A DNA stretch of 64,000 bases from Betaproteobacteria bacterium (lineage in GTDB: Bacteria; Pseudomonadota; Gammaproteobacteria; Burkholderiales; SHXO01). Each line of letters begins with the position of its first letter. Position 1 is the stretch's first letter. Made by a program: the position numbers and the translations under genes. The DNA lies in NCBI GenBank assembly GCA_009693245.1, contig SHXO01000004.1, positions 536 to 64,535 on the forward strand. Reading direction: 5' to 3'. This document shows positions 9,872 through 18,873 of this stretch, piece by piece. The notes beneath the pieces are model-generated. The model was given only the letters and a program-made list of their open reading frames with translations. It was not told the origin of the DNA and made no database searches.

Positions 9872-10687
9872 ATGAACGATAGCCAACGCTTTCTTCCTAC
9901 CCACAGTGTCTTCGCAGCCAAGCGCTGGGAGTCTGGGCGCTTCGTGGAACGCGAGGAGTCCGTTGCGGAGGAAATTCCCGCCGCCCTCATCTACAACGGA
10001 TTGCCTCACGTGGTGATGATGACCTCTCCTTCGGATCTGGAGGAGTTCGCCTTGGGCTTCAGCCTGAGCGAGGGCATTCTTCAAAACAAATCGCAGATGT
10101 ACTCCGTCGCGGCCACGCCAGCAAGCGGCGGGATCGAGATCCGCATGGATATCGATCTCCTACGCTATCTGCCCTTGGAGGAACAACGGCGCAATCTCGC
10201 GGGCCGAACCGGTTGTGGGCTGTGCGGAGCGGAAACCTTCGAGCAGGCCATTCGGCATCCCGCGCCAGTCGGGGCAGGACCTCGTCTTTCGGCGGATACC
10301 GTTAACGCCGCCTTCTCGTCGGTAGCCCAATACCAAACGCTCAATGCCCGCACGGGTGCCGTGCACGCTGCCGCCTGGGCTGCCGGGGACGGGACAGTGC
10401 AATGCGTTCGCGAGGATGTCGGCCGCCACAACGCGCTGGATAAAATGATCGGCGCGATGACAAATAGAGAACAGGACTTCGCTCGCGGGTTCGCCCTGAT
10501 CACCAGCCGGGCGAGTTTCGAGATGGTGCAAAAGGCGGCAAGCGTGGGGATCGCCGTTTTGGCCGCGATCTCCGCCCCCACGGCTCTTGCCATTCGCCTG
10601 GCGCAAGAAACGGGGGTCACGCTTATCGGATTTTCCCGGGCTGGGTGCTTCAACGTCTACGCGAATGCGCAACGTATAAACTCGTGA
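9872..10687 (+). CDS. fdhD: Formate dehydrogenase accessory sulfurtransferase FdhD
   Basis: GCGLCG and GRHNALDK motifs. 271 aa. Confidence 0.9.
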   Translation: MNDSQRFLPTHSVFAAKRWESGRFVEREESVAEEIPAALIYNGLPHVVMMTSPSDLEEFALGFSLSEGILQNKSQMYSVAATPASGGIEIRMDIDLLRYLPLEEQRRNLAGRTGCGLCGAETFEQAIRHPAPVGAGPRLSADTVNAAFSSVAQYQTLNARTGAVHAAAWAAGDGTVQCVREDVGRHNALDKMIGAMTNREQDFARGFALITSRASFEMVQKAASVGIAVLAAISAPTALAIRLAQETGVTLIGFSRAGCFNVYANAQRINS

Positions 10688-11913
10688 GTTCCTTTCGGGC
10701 CGGTGGTGCCTTGGCATGGTGGACCTCGGTGCCGCTTTATCTTCGCATCGCGGGCGCCCTGGTGTTAGGAGCATTGGCCGGCATCGCTCTAGGGCCAGCG
10801 GCGGCCAGTTTCGCGACACCCGCCAAGCTCATTCTGCGTTTGCTCTCGGCCATCGCACCGCCCTTGGTGCTACTGGCTATTGTGCGAGCACTGATGCAAG
10901 CGCGGCTTGCACGCGGCAGCGGACTGAGACTAGTGTGGTTGCTGGCCCTCAACACAACGGTGGCCATCACGATTGGGCTCACGGTTGCCAATGTGCTGCA
11001 ACCCGGCACTCATGGCTCGCTGGCCCCCCACGAGGCCGCAGGCGGGGCCAAAGCGGCGCTCTCGCCGTTGGACCAATTCTTGGACAACATTCCACGCAGC
11101 CTGTTGGGGCCTTTTACGGACGATGGCAAAGTCATCAGCGTGATCCTGATCGCGCTCGCCCTGGGTGTTGCGCTGCGCCCGTTGCGCGGCCATTCGATCC
11201 GGACTGTGAGCGATCTGGTGGAGGTTGGATTTCAAACCGCGTTGCGAGTGCTCTACTGGATCATCGAGCTCGTACCTCTGGGCGTGTTCGGCATCATCGC
11301 GAGCATCGTGGGCACCAAGGGATTCGCGGATTTCGCCGCGCTGGGGTATTTCGTGCTGGCGGTGCTCATCGCCTTGTTGTTGCAAGCGGCCTGGTATCTG
11401 GGAAGGATTAGATGGAAGTCCTGGGCGCGGCCTCGCCACGTCATGGGGGGCATGCGAGACGCCTTGGTCATGGCGTTTTCCACCGCCAGTTCCACGGCTA
11501 CCATGCCAGTGACCTATGCCTGCCTGAAGGACAAAGTGGGTCTGCGCGAACAATCGGCGAGCCTGGGATCCTTGGTGGGTGCCAATTTCAATAACGACGG
11601 CACCGCCCTATACGAAGCCATGGCGGCTTTGTTTATCGCCCAGATGCTAGGGTTGGAATTGAGTCTGGGGCAGCAAGCGCTGGTCGTGCTCACCAGCATG
11701 GTTGCGTCCGTTGGTGCGGCAGGGATTCCAGAGGCGGGGTTGGTCACCATGACATTGGTGTTCAAGGCCGTTGGATTGCCAGTGGAATACATCGCCATCC
11801 TGCTCGCGGTGGATTGGTTTCTAGACCGCTGCCGCACCACGATCAACGTCATGGGCGATGTCAACGTGAGCTGTATCCTGGACGGAAAAACTAAAATGGA
11901 ATCTTCTCCATGA
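10684..11913 (+). CDS. Dicarboxylate/amino acid:cation symporter (DAACS/GltP family)
   Basis: Multi-TM protein with SSTATMP and NNDGTALYEA-type motifs characteristic of DAACS. The start is ambiguous: GTG at 10684 (GTGA overlap with the fdhD stop) or GTG at 10645. Confidence 0.85.
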   Translation: MSSFRAGGALAWWTSVPLYLRIAGALVLGALAGIALGPAAASFATPAKLILRLLSAIAPPLVLLAIVRALMQARLARGSGLRLVWLLALNTTVAITIGLTVANVLQPGTHGSLAPHEAAGGAKAALSPLDQFLDNIPRSLLGPFTDDGKVISVILIALALGVALRPLRGHSIRTVSDLVEVGFQTALRVLYWIIELVPLGVFGIIASIVGTKGFADFAALGYFVLAVLIALLLQAAWYLGRIRWKSWARPRHVMGGMRDALVMAFSTASSTATMPVTYACLKDKVGLREQSASLGSLVGANFNNDGTALYEAMAALFIAQMLGLELSLGQQALVVLTSMVASVGAAGIPEAGLVTMTLVFKAVGLPVEYIAILLAVDWFLDRCRTTINVMGDVNVSCILDGKTKMESSP

Positions 11914-13499
11914 GCCAAGTCATGACGGTACGCGAAGCCACCATGCGCCTGCTGCGTGCCTACGGCATTCTCACCGTGTTCGGTAATCCCGGTTCCACCG
12001 AACTCAAGATGTTCAGGGAGTGGCCCAAGGACTTCCGCTATGTGCTGGGTTTGAACGAGTCCTGCTGCGTGGCCATGGCCGATGCCTTCGCGCAAGTGAC
12101 GCGTAACGCGAGCTTCGTGAACCTGCATAGTGCCGCCGGAGTAGGGCACGCCATGGCGAGTATCTTCAACGCCTATCGCAACCAATCTCCGGTGATCGTG
12201 CTGGCGGGGCAACAAACCCGCGCCATGTTTCCGACGGAGCCTTTTCTGTTCTCCACGGATGCGGCCGAACTTCCCAAGCCCTACGTCAAATGGTCCGTTG
12301 AACCTTCACGCGCGCAAGACGTTCCGCAGGCCCTGGTGCGGGCTTATCACACCGCCATGCAACGCCCGCGGGGCCCGGTTTTTCTTTCAGTTCCCGAGGA
12401 CGATTGGGATGTGGAATGCACATTACCGGAGATTCGGGCGGTGAACGACGAAGTGGCACCCAGTCCCGCGGCATTGCGCGAGCTGGCGGCGAATCTTGGC
12501 CAAAGCCAAAATCCCGTGATCGTCTTAGGAGCCGCGGTGGATCAAGCCGGCGCATGGAACGAGGCGACCGAACTGGCCGAGCGGTTGGAGGCACCCGTAT
12601 GGGCCAGTCCGATGTCTGCGCGTTGCAGCTTTCCCGAGAACCATCGTTTGTTCGCCGGGTTTCTGCCGCCCGTGCGTAGCCAATTGCGCAGCCGATTGGA
12701 GGGTGCCGGTGCGATCCTGGTGATCGGGGCTCCCGTTTTTACCTATCACGTGCATACGGAAGGCCCCTACATCCCGCCCGGCGCCACGCTTTATCACTTG
12801 ACGGAAGATCCCCAGCAAGCGGCGCGCAGCCCTGTAGGGACGAGCATCGTGTGCGCCCTGCGCGTGGGCCTGAGGCAATTGATCGAACAACTGCCACGCC
12901 GCCAGCGCCAACCCGGCAAAGGCCGCACGCGACTCCCAGCGCCACCGGCCAAGGATCCGATTCCGGGCGAATACCTCATGGCCGCCATCGCGCAAGTCAT
13001 GCCGGCGGATGCAGTCGTGGTGGAAGAAGCTCCGAGCCACCGTAATGCCTTGCACGACTACTTGCCCATCACAAGCAGTGGCGGTTTCTACACCGAGGGC
13101 AGTGGTGGATTGGGTTGGGCCTTACCGGGCGCCATCGGTGTGTCGCTGGCGCAACCCGCGCGAAGGGTCATCTGCCTTGTGGGCGATGGCTCTGCTCTTT
13201 ACTCCATCCAAGCGTTGTGGAATGCCGCGCAAGCGAAGCTGCCCATCACGTTCATCGTCTTCAATAACCGGGGTTATGCCGCGCTCAAGGCTTTTAGCGA
13301 TGCCTTGAGGATTTCAGGCGCTCCGGGGCAAGACGTGAGCGGAATGAATTTCGTGGATATCGCACGCGGCTTCGGCGTCGAGGGCCGGGTGGTCAGCCGG
13401 GCGCAAGATGTCCTACCGGCGTTGCGTAGCGCCTTCGCGGGAAATTCGCCGGTATTGCTCGATGTCCATCTGGACACGGGTTTCAAGCCGCTCTACTGA
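11910..13499 (+). CDS. mdlC: Benzoylformate decarboxylase (ThDP-dependent)
   Basis: Collinear, from memory, with P. putida MdlC: TVFGNPGSTELKMF..DFRYVLGLNESCCV, NLHSAAGVGHAM, GQQTRAM, GDGSALYSIQALW. 529 aa. ATGA overlap with the upstream transporter. Confidence 0.85.
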   Translation: MSQVMTVREATMRLLRAYGILTVFGNPGSTELKMFREWPKDFRYVLGLNESCCVAMADAFAQVTRNASFVNLHSAAGVGHAMASIFNAYRNQSPVIVLAGQQTRAMFPTEPFLFSTDAAELPKPYVKWSVEPSRAQDVPQALVRAYHTAMQRPRGPVFLSVPEDDWDVECTLPEIRAVNDEVAPSPAALRELAANLGQSQNPVIVLGAAVDQAGAWNEATELAERLEAPVWASPMSARCSFPENHRLFAGFLPPVRSQLRSRLEGAGAILVIGAPVFTYHVHTEGPYIPPGATLYHLTEDPQQAARSPVGTSIVCALRVGLRQLIEQLPRRQRQPGKGRTRLPAPPAKDPIPGEYLMAAIAQVMPADAVVVEEAPSHRNALHDYLPITSSGGFYTEGSGGLGWALPGAIGVSLAQPARRVICLVGDGSALYSIQALWNAAQAKLPITFIVFNNRGYAALKAFSDALRISGAPGQDVSGMNFVDIARGFGVEGRVVSRAQDVLPALRSAFAGNSPVLLDVHLDTGFKPLY

Positions 13500-13503
13500 T
13501 CTC

Positions 13504-14931
13504 ATGCGTGCCATTATTCTGACCGGGATTTTGCTGGCCGCGGTGGCGCATGCGGAGGAATTCGACCTCGCCATCAATCACGGACGTGTGATGGATCCGC
13601 AGACGGGGCTCGATGCGGTGAGGCATGTCGGCATCAAGCAAGGCGTCATTGCCGCCATCAGCGAGGTACCGCTGGCGGCAAAGGTCTTGGTGGATGCGCG
13701 GGGGTTGGTGGTGGCGCCGGGGTTCATCAATTTGCATTGGCATGGCACCGATCCGAAGAGCAATTATTACGAGGCCATGGATGGAGTCACTGCTACCTTC
13801 GAACTGGAAGTGGGTGTGGACGCCGTGGACCGTTGGTACAGCGAGCGCGAAGGCAAGATGCCCATTCACTACGGCGTGGCCGTGGGCCATGCACCGGTCC
13901 GCATGGCCGTGATGGGCGATTCCGGAGATTTCCTGCCGTCAGGCGATGCCGCTCGCAAGCCGGCGGATGCCGAGGAATTGGCATTGATCCGGCAGCGCGT
14001 CGAGAAGGGACTGCAACGCGGTGCGGTGGGCGTGGGTTTCGGTCTGGCTTATACCCCGGCTGCGTCGCACTGGGAAATTCTCGAAATGTTTCGTCTCGCG
14101 GCGCGTTACAACGCCGCCGCGTTCGTGCACATACGCGGCGCGTCGAGCGCGGGAAGTTTCGATCGCGAGCAAGGATTGCTGGAAGTCATCGCTCATAGCG
14201 CGACCAGCGGCGCGCCGGTGCACGTGGCGCATATCAATAGCAGCGGGCAGCAATCCACCGCGCGCATGCTGGACATCATTGTCGATGCGCGCCAGCGCGG
14301 GATAGACATCACAACGGAGTGCTATCCCTATACGGCGGGTGCCACGCGCATTGAATCCTTCCTGTTCGACAGTTGGATGGACAAGCCGGAGGCGGAGTAC
14401 CGAAAATTGCAATGGGCGCTCAACGGCGAGCGCTTGACCCGAGAGAGTTTTCTGCGTTACCGCAAGCAAGGCGGGTTGGTGTTTATCCACGCTAACACGG
14501 AGGAGGTGATCCGCACCGCCATCGTTCATCCGCTAACCATGATCGCCAGCGATGGCTTCGATGTCACGGGACGAAGCAGCCATCCGCGTTCGGCCGGCAC
14601 TTTCTCGCGCACCTTGGGACGCTATGCAAGGGACCAGGGGCTGTTACCGCTGATGGACGTTCTGCGCAAGATGACCTTGATGCCGGCGCAACGGCTGGAG
14701 GGCCGCGCCCCGCGGATGCGGCGCAAGGGACGCGTGCAGATAGGCGCCGATGCCGACATCGTGGTATTCGATGCGCAGCGCTTGACCGATCATGCCACCT
14801 TCGAGTCGCCCGCCGAATATTCGGAAGGCATGCGCCACGTTCTGGTGTCCGGAGAGTTCGTGGTACGCGAAGGACGTCTTGTGGAAAGCGCGACGCCGGG
14901 CAAAGCCGTGCGAGCGCCAGTGCGCCAATAA
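13504..14931 (+). CDS. Amidohydrolase-superfamily enzyme, N-acyl-D-amino-acid deacylase (D-aminoacylase)-like, with a signal peptide
   Basis: The ATG at 13504 gives MRAIILTGILLAAVAHAEEF. INLHWHG metal-binding motif, and overall length and motifs resemble D-aminoacylases. Confidence 0.8.
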   Translation: MRAIILTGILLAAVAHAEEFDLAINHGRVMDPQTGLDAVRHVGIKQGVIAAISEVPLAAKVLVDARGLVVAPGFINLHWHGTDPKSNYYEAMDGVTATFELEVGVDAVDRWYSEREGKMPIHYGVAVGHAPVRMAVMGDSGDFLPSGDAARKPADAEELALIRQRVEKGLQRGAVGVGFGLAYTPAASHWEILEMFRLAARYNAAAFVHIRGASSAGSFDREQGLLEVIAHSATSGAPVHVAHINSSGQQSTARMLDIIVDARQRGIDITTECYPYTAGATRIESFLFDSWMDKPEAEYRKLQWALNGERLTRESFLRYRKQGGLVFIHANTEEVIRTAIVHPLTMIASDGFDVTGRSSHPRSAGTFSRTLGRYARDQGLLPLMDVLRKMTLMPAQRLEGRAPRMRRKGRVQIGADADIVVFDAQRLTDHATFESPAEYSEGMRHVLVSGEFVVREGRLVESATPGKAVRAPVRQ

Positions 14932-15041
14932 CGCTGCACTGGCGCACGTTAAATCCCGCCTCAAGGGATTGGGAAGAGTGCCGTAGTGAGAAATAAGCCC
15001 AGGCAATTATGTCCAGGCCGTCCTCTCACAAGGAGGTTTTC

Positions 15042-15440
15042 ATGCGCTCTTCTCTTTCCCTTGGCCTTGCCTTAGGTTTCGCGGCCTTGACGTGTCTCCC
15101 CGCGGCCGCGCCCGCGCAGGACACTCCCGAATACCGAATCGAATCCGCCGCCCAGGAGATTACGCAGCTCTATTGGCTGGCCGACACCGCTGCCCTATGC
15201 GGATGGGCAAGCGAGGAGGATTCGGCCCGTTTCAAGCACTTTTCCTTGCGATTTCTCGCCGCCCATCTGAACGATCGCGGCAAACGCGCCTTGCCCACCA
15301 TGGTGTCCGATCCCCGCTATGAGTCCAGTGTGCGCCAAGCCGCCGTGGATGGCGCCTCGGAAAATTGTGGCAATTCCCGGTGGCGAACCGGTTGGACCAC
15401 GTACCAAGCGGCCGCGGAAGAAAACGATACCCGCTATTAG
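15042..15440 (+). CDS. Hypothetical secreted protein (132 aa)
   Basis: AAGGAGG SD 6 nt before the ATG at 15042. Signal peptide MRSSLSLGLALGFAALTCLPAAAPAQD. Confidence 0.6.
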   Translation: MRSSLSLGLALGFAALTCLPAAAPAQDTPEYRIESAAQEITQLYWLADTAALCGWASEEDSARFKHFSLRFLAAHLNDRGKRALPTMVSDPRYESSVRQAAVDGASENCGNSRWRTGWTTYQAAAEENDTRY

Positions 15441-15481
15441 TTACTTCGCGCGCCGTGCGGCGCCGGTGCAGTGATCTAAAA

Positions 15482-15509
15482 TGCCTCCACCAATAATGGG
15501 GAGGAGGCA
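15482..15509 (+). promoter_or_regulatory. SD-sequestering hairpin in the leader of the DUF2147 gene
   Basis: TGCCTCC (15482-15488) is perfectly complementary to GGAGGCA (15503-15509), which contains the SD for the ATG at 15512. The loop is 14 nt. Confidence 0.35.
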
Positions 15510-15511
15510 CC

Positions 15512-15949
15512 ATGAGACATTGGCTTGTGGCAGCGGGAATGCTATGGTCCGTGATGGCCAGCGCCGCACAGAGCCCCACGGGGCTTTGGCGCACCATCGA
15601 CGATGAAACGGGAAAAGAGCGTTCTATCGTACGGGTCTTCGAAGTCAATGGTGAACTCCAAGGGGTAGTGGAAAAGATCATCGACCGGCCCGGTGACGAT
15701 CCCGCTCATCTGTGCAAGAAGTGCGAGGGCGACCGCAAGGATAAACCGGTGATCGGCATGGCTATCCTGTGGGGCCTCAAGAAGAAGAGCGACACCGAGT
15801 ACGCCGGCGGACAGATCATGGATCCCAAAAATGGCAAGATCTTCCGCTGCAAACTCAAACTCATCGAGCAAGGCAAGAAACTGGAGGTGCGAGGCTACAT
15901 CGGAGTCTCTCTCATCGGCCGTTCGCAGGTCTGGTTGCGCGAGGAGTAG
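15512..15949 (+). CDS. DUF2147 domain-containing periplasmic protein
   Basis: Signal peptide, then GLWRTIDDETGKERSIV...GGQIMDPKNGKIFRCKLKL...LEVRGYIGVSLIGRSQVW, the signature pattern of DUF2147. Confidence 0.85.
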   Translation: MRHWLVAAGMLWSVMASAAQSPTGLWRTIDDETGKERSIVRVFEVNGELQGVVEKIIDRPGDDPAHLCKKCEGDRKDKPVIGMAILWGLKKKSDTEYAGGQIMDPKNGKIFRCKLKLIEQGKKLEVRGYIGVSLIGRSQVWLREE

Positions 15950-15957
15950 AAGCCTCA

Positions 15958-17550
15958 GTGGCCGCTAAGCGCAAGTTCTGGGGCTGGGGATTGGAGGGCG
16001 ACGGCGCGAGTGCGGGGGAGATCGCCCAACTCGAAGGAGCCTACGCCAAACAGTTCGGGGTGGGGGGCTTCGAGGTGACGCCCGTGCCGCGTGCCGAGGA
16101 GATCGTCCTGCGGCCTTCGCGCTTATCGCCGCCCGAGAGTTTGCGTTCCGCGTGTTCCACCGATCGGTACGAGCGCTTATTGCACAGCTACGGCCGCTCT
16201 TTCTTCGATAGCGCGCGCATATTCTCGCGGGAGTTTTCCAATCCGCCGGACGTCATCGCTTTTCCTCGAACGGAAGCTGAGCTGACTGGCATGCTGGATT
16301 GGTGCGACTCGAATAATGCCGTCGTGATTCCATGGGGCGGGGGCTCCAGCGTGGTGGCGGGGGTCGAGCCACCCAAGACCGATCGCCCCGTGGTGACCAT
16401 CGATCTGCAACACTTCAATCGCGTGCTGGAAATCGACCGCCAATCGCACGCCGCGCGCATTCAAGGCGGGACCTACGGCCCCGCGCTGGAATCGCAACTC
16501 AATCCCAGCGGCTTGACGCTGAGACATTTCCCGCAGTCCTTCGAGTATTCCACTCTGGGCGGCTGGATCGCTACCCGTGGAGGCGGGCATTACGCCACGC
16601 TCTACACGCACATCGACGAATTCGTGGAGAGCCTGCGCGTGGTCACGCCGCGCGGCGTGTGCGAGTCCTTTCGCTTGCCCGGTTCGGGGGCAGGACCTAG
16701 CCCAGACCGGATGTTCATTGGTTCCGAAGGAACGCTTGGCATCATCACCGAAGCGTGGATGCGATTGAGGCCCAGGCCCATTTACCGCGCGGGTACGAGT
16801 GTTCGCTTCAAGGACTTCCGTCGAGCCGCGCAATGCGTGCGCGCCATCAGCCAGTCTCATCTCTATCCCGCCAACACACGGTTGCTCGATGCCACGGAAG
16901 CCCACGTCAATGGTGCGGGCGATGGGACGCACAGCGTGATCGTGCTGAACTTCGAATCCGCCGACCGGCCGCAGGAGAGCAATCTAGCGCGCGCGTTGGA
17001 GATCGTTCGAGAGCACGCGGGCGAGCATGCTGAAACCGTGGGGGAGGGCGGGCAACGCCAAGGTGCCGCCGGTCAATGGCGCGACGCCTTTCTTCGCATG
17101 CCGTACTTTCGCGAGGCGCTCACGGCGCGCGGCATCATCGTCGAGACCTTCGAGACGGCTATCACTTGGGACCGGTTCCCCGAGTTTCACCGCAAGATCA
17201 TGGCGGAAACCGAGCGCGTCATTGAAGAGGTGACGGGCCGCAAAGGCATCGTCAGTTGCCGCTTCACCCATGTATACCCCGATGGGCCGGCTCCCTATTT
17301 CACCTACCATGCCTTGGGCGACAAACGCCGATTGGTGGAGCAGTGCTGGGCCATCAAGAGCGCGACGGCGGATTTGTTGAACGCCCTGGGTGGCACCATC
17401 ACCCACCATCACGCGGTGGGGCGCGATCACCGGCGCTGGTATGATAAGCAGCGGCCCGCGCTGTTCGCGGATGCATTGCGGGCGGCCAAGAAGTCGCTGG
17501 ATCCTTCTGGAATGATGAATCCTGGAGTCCTGGTCGATCCGCTCCCGTAG
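15958..17550 (+). CDS. FAD-binding oxidase (FAD-linked oxidase / alkyl-DHAP synthase-like)
   Basis: The GTG at 15958 gives VAAKRKFWGWGLEG, a typical N-terminus of this family. PCMH-type FAD-binding region (VIPWGGGSSVVAG). The upstream extension in the track overlaps the DUF2147 gene. Confidence 0.85.
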   Translation: MAAKRKFWGWGLEGDGASAGEIAQLEGAYAKQFGVGGFEVTPVPRAEEIVLRPSRLSPPESLRSACSTDRYERLLHSYGRSFFDSARIFSREFSNPPDVIAFPRTEAELTGMLDWCDSNNAVVIPWGGGSSVVAGVEPPKTDRPVVTIDLQHFNRVLEIDRQSHAARIQGGTYGPALESQLNPSGLTLRHFPQSFEYSTLGGWIATRGGGHYATLYTHIDEFVESLRVVTPRGVCESFRLPGSGAGPSPDRMFIGSEGTLGIITEAWMRLRPRPIYRAGTSVRFKDFRRAAQCVRAISQSHLYPANTRLLDATEAHVNGAGDGTHSVIVLNFESADRPQESNLARALEIVREHAGEHAETVGEGGQRQGAAGQWRDAFLRMPYFREALTARGIIVETFETAITWDRFPEFHRKIMAETERVIEEVTGRKGIVSCRFTHVYPDGPAPYFTYHALGDKRRLVEQCWAIKSATADLLNALGGTITHHHAVGRDHRRWYDKQRPALFADALRAAKKSLDPSGMMNPGVLVDPLP

Positions 17551-17597
17551 CTTCGCAACACCGGCACTTACCGTTCTAGCGATCTTGTTCGCCTGGG

Positions 17598-18851
17598 GTG
17601 GTGTTATTTTCGGCAGTTTTCAGTACGACGATTTTCCCAACATCCTCACCGATCACGCGATCGGCGGGTGGTGGTGCCCTACTTGAGCGCCTCGCTATTG
17701 GCATTCGCCCGCTTACCCGGCTAAGTTATGTCTTGGACCATGCGTTGTGGGGCCGGAAGGCGTGGGGATGGTTACTCACGAACTTGCTGCTGCATCTCGT
17801 AACGACCTATGGCATTTGGCGTCTGGCGGTGGGGTGTGGGGCGGCAACCGACATGGCGTCATGGGCCGCGATACTCTTCGCGTTGCAACCAGCCCACGGA
17901 ATGACGGTGGCCTACGTGAGCGGGCGTTCAGCGGGGATGATGACATCGCTCCTGGTAGGTTCACTCCTCGCGTTCGGCACCTATCAAGTGGAGCGCAAGA
18001 AGCGCTATCTCTTGTGCTCGCTGCTGCTATTCACCTTTGCGTGCTGCGCAAAAGAGATGGCCCTGATATTTCCAGCCTTGCTGGCGCTATGGGTTTTCAC
18101 GCGATCACGGGCAGGGCTGGCGAAGCGCAGTGAGCTAACGTCCATCATACCTTTCGCACTGGTTGCCGCTACGTTATTGGCCGCCGCCTTTAGTAATCCT
18201 CGTTACCGGGGCCTGCTTGAGTTCTCCCTGAACTTGCGCACACCTTTGGAGTCGCTCGTGCATAACGCCGCCGCCTTGCCCGTGACGCTTTCTCTGCTAG
18301 CGAGGCCGTGGTCGCTCGCCGCGGAGCATTCCGCGCGTCTGGGGCCATACGCCGTGAGCGCGGGGGCGATCTTCATTCTGGCCTGGATTGGCGTCGCTTG
18401 CTGGGCTTCGCGCAAACGCCATTGGCTCATGTTCGGAATGCTTTGGCCTGTCATCGCACTACTGCCGGCGCATTCCTTCATCGCCAAGGCAGATTCGGTC
18501 AGCGAGACTTCTCTTTACCTCGCTTGGGTGGGTCCGAGCATCGCCCTTGGGATGGGCTCGCGCGCTTGGTGCTCCACCAAAAGCTGCCGAACGGTGATGA
18601 GCGGAGCGGCAGTTCTTCTAGTGGCCGTTTGCGGTTGGCGCACCATCGTATGGGGCGATCAGGTTCTCCTGTGGCGCGAGGCGGTCACCGAGGCGCCGTT
18701 ATCGGCCCGTGCGTGGAACAACCTGGGATTGGCCTACATGGGGCGGAATAATTCGAACGCGGCAATGCACGCTTTCGAAACGGCGCTCAAACTAGACCCC
18801 GGTAATGCGCGAGCGATTCGAAATCTCGGCGTCCTGGAAATAGTGAAGTGA
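17598..18851 (+). CDS. TMTC-like multi-pass membrane protein with C-terminal TPR repeats (GT-C / PMT_2-DUF1736-like); the 5' end appears frameshifted, so it may be a pseudogene
   Basis: About 10 TM segments, then TPR (AWNNLGLAYMGRNNSNAAMHAFETALKLDPGNARAIRNLG). The expected N-terminal TM helix and FxYDD motif are encoded in a different frame (17519-17686). Confidence 0.65.
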   Translation: MVLFSAVFSTTIFPTSSPITRSAGGGALLERLAIGIRPLTRLSYVLDHALWGRKAWGWLLTNLLLHLVTTYGIWRLAVGCGAATDMASWAAILFALQPAHGMTVAYVSGRSAGMMTSLLVGSLLAFGTYQVERKKRYLLCSLLLFTFACCAKEMALIFPALLALWVFTRSRAGLAKRSELTSIIPFALVAATLLAAAFSNPRYRGLLEFSLNLRTPLESLVHNAAALPVTLSLLARPWSLAAEHSARLGPYAVSAGAIFILAWIGVACWASRKRHWLMFGMLWPVIALLPAHSFIAKADSVSETSLYLAWVGPSIALGMGSRAWCSTKSCRTVMSGAAVLLVAVCGWRTIVWGDQVLLWREAVTEAPLSARAWNNLGLAYMGRNNSNAAMHAFETALKLDPGNARAIRNLGVLEIVK

Positions 18852-18873
18852 ATGCTCTGTGGAGGAGTGAGAT

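Noticed and set aside
9872-10687. fdhD without neighbouring formate dehydrogenase genes as an anomaly
   Set aside because: fdhD is frequently unlinked from fdh structural genes, so this is not informative within a 64-kb window.
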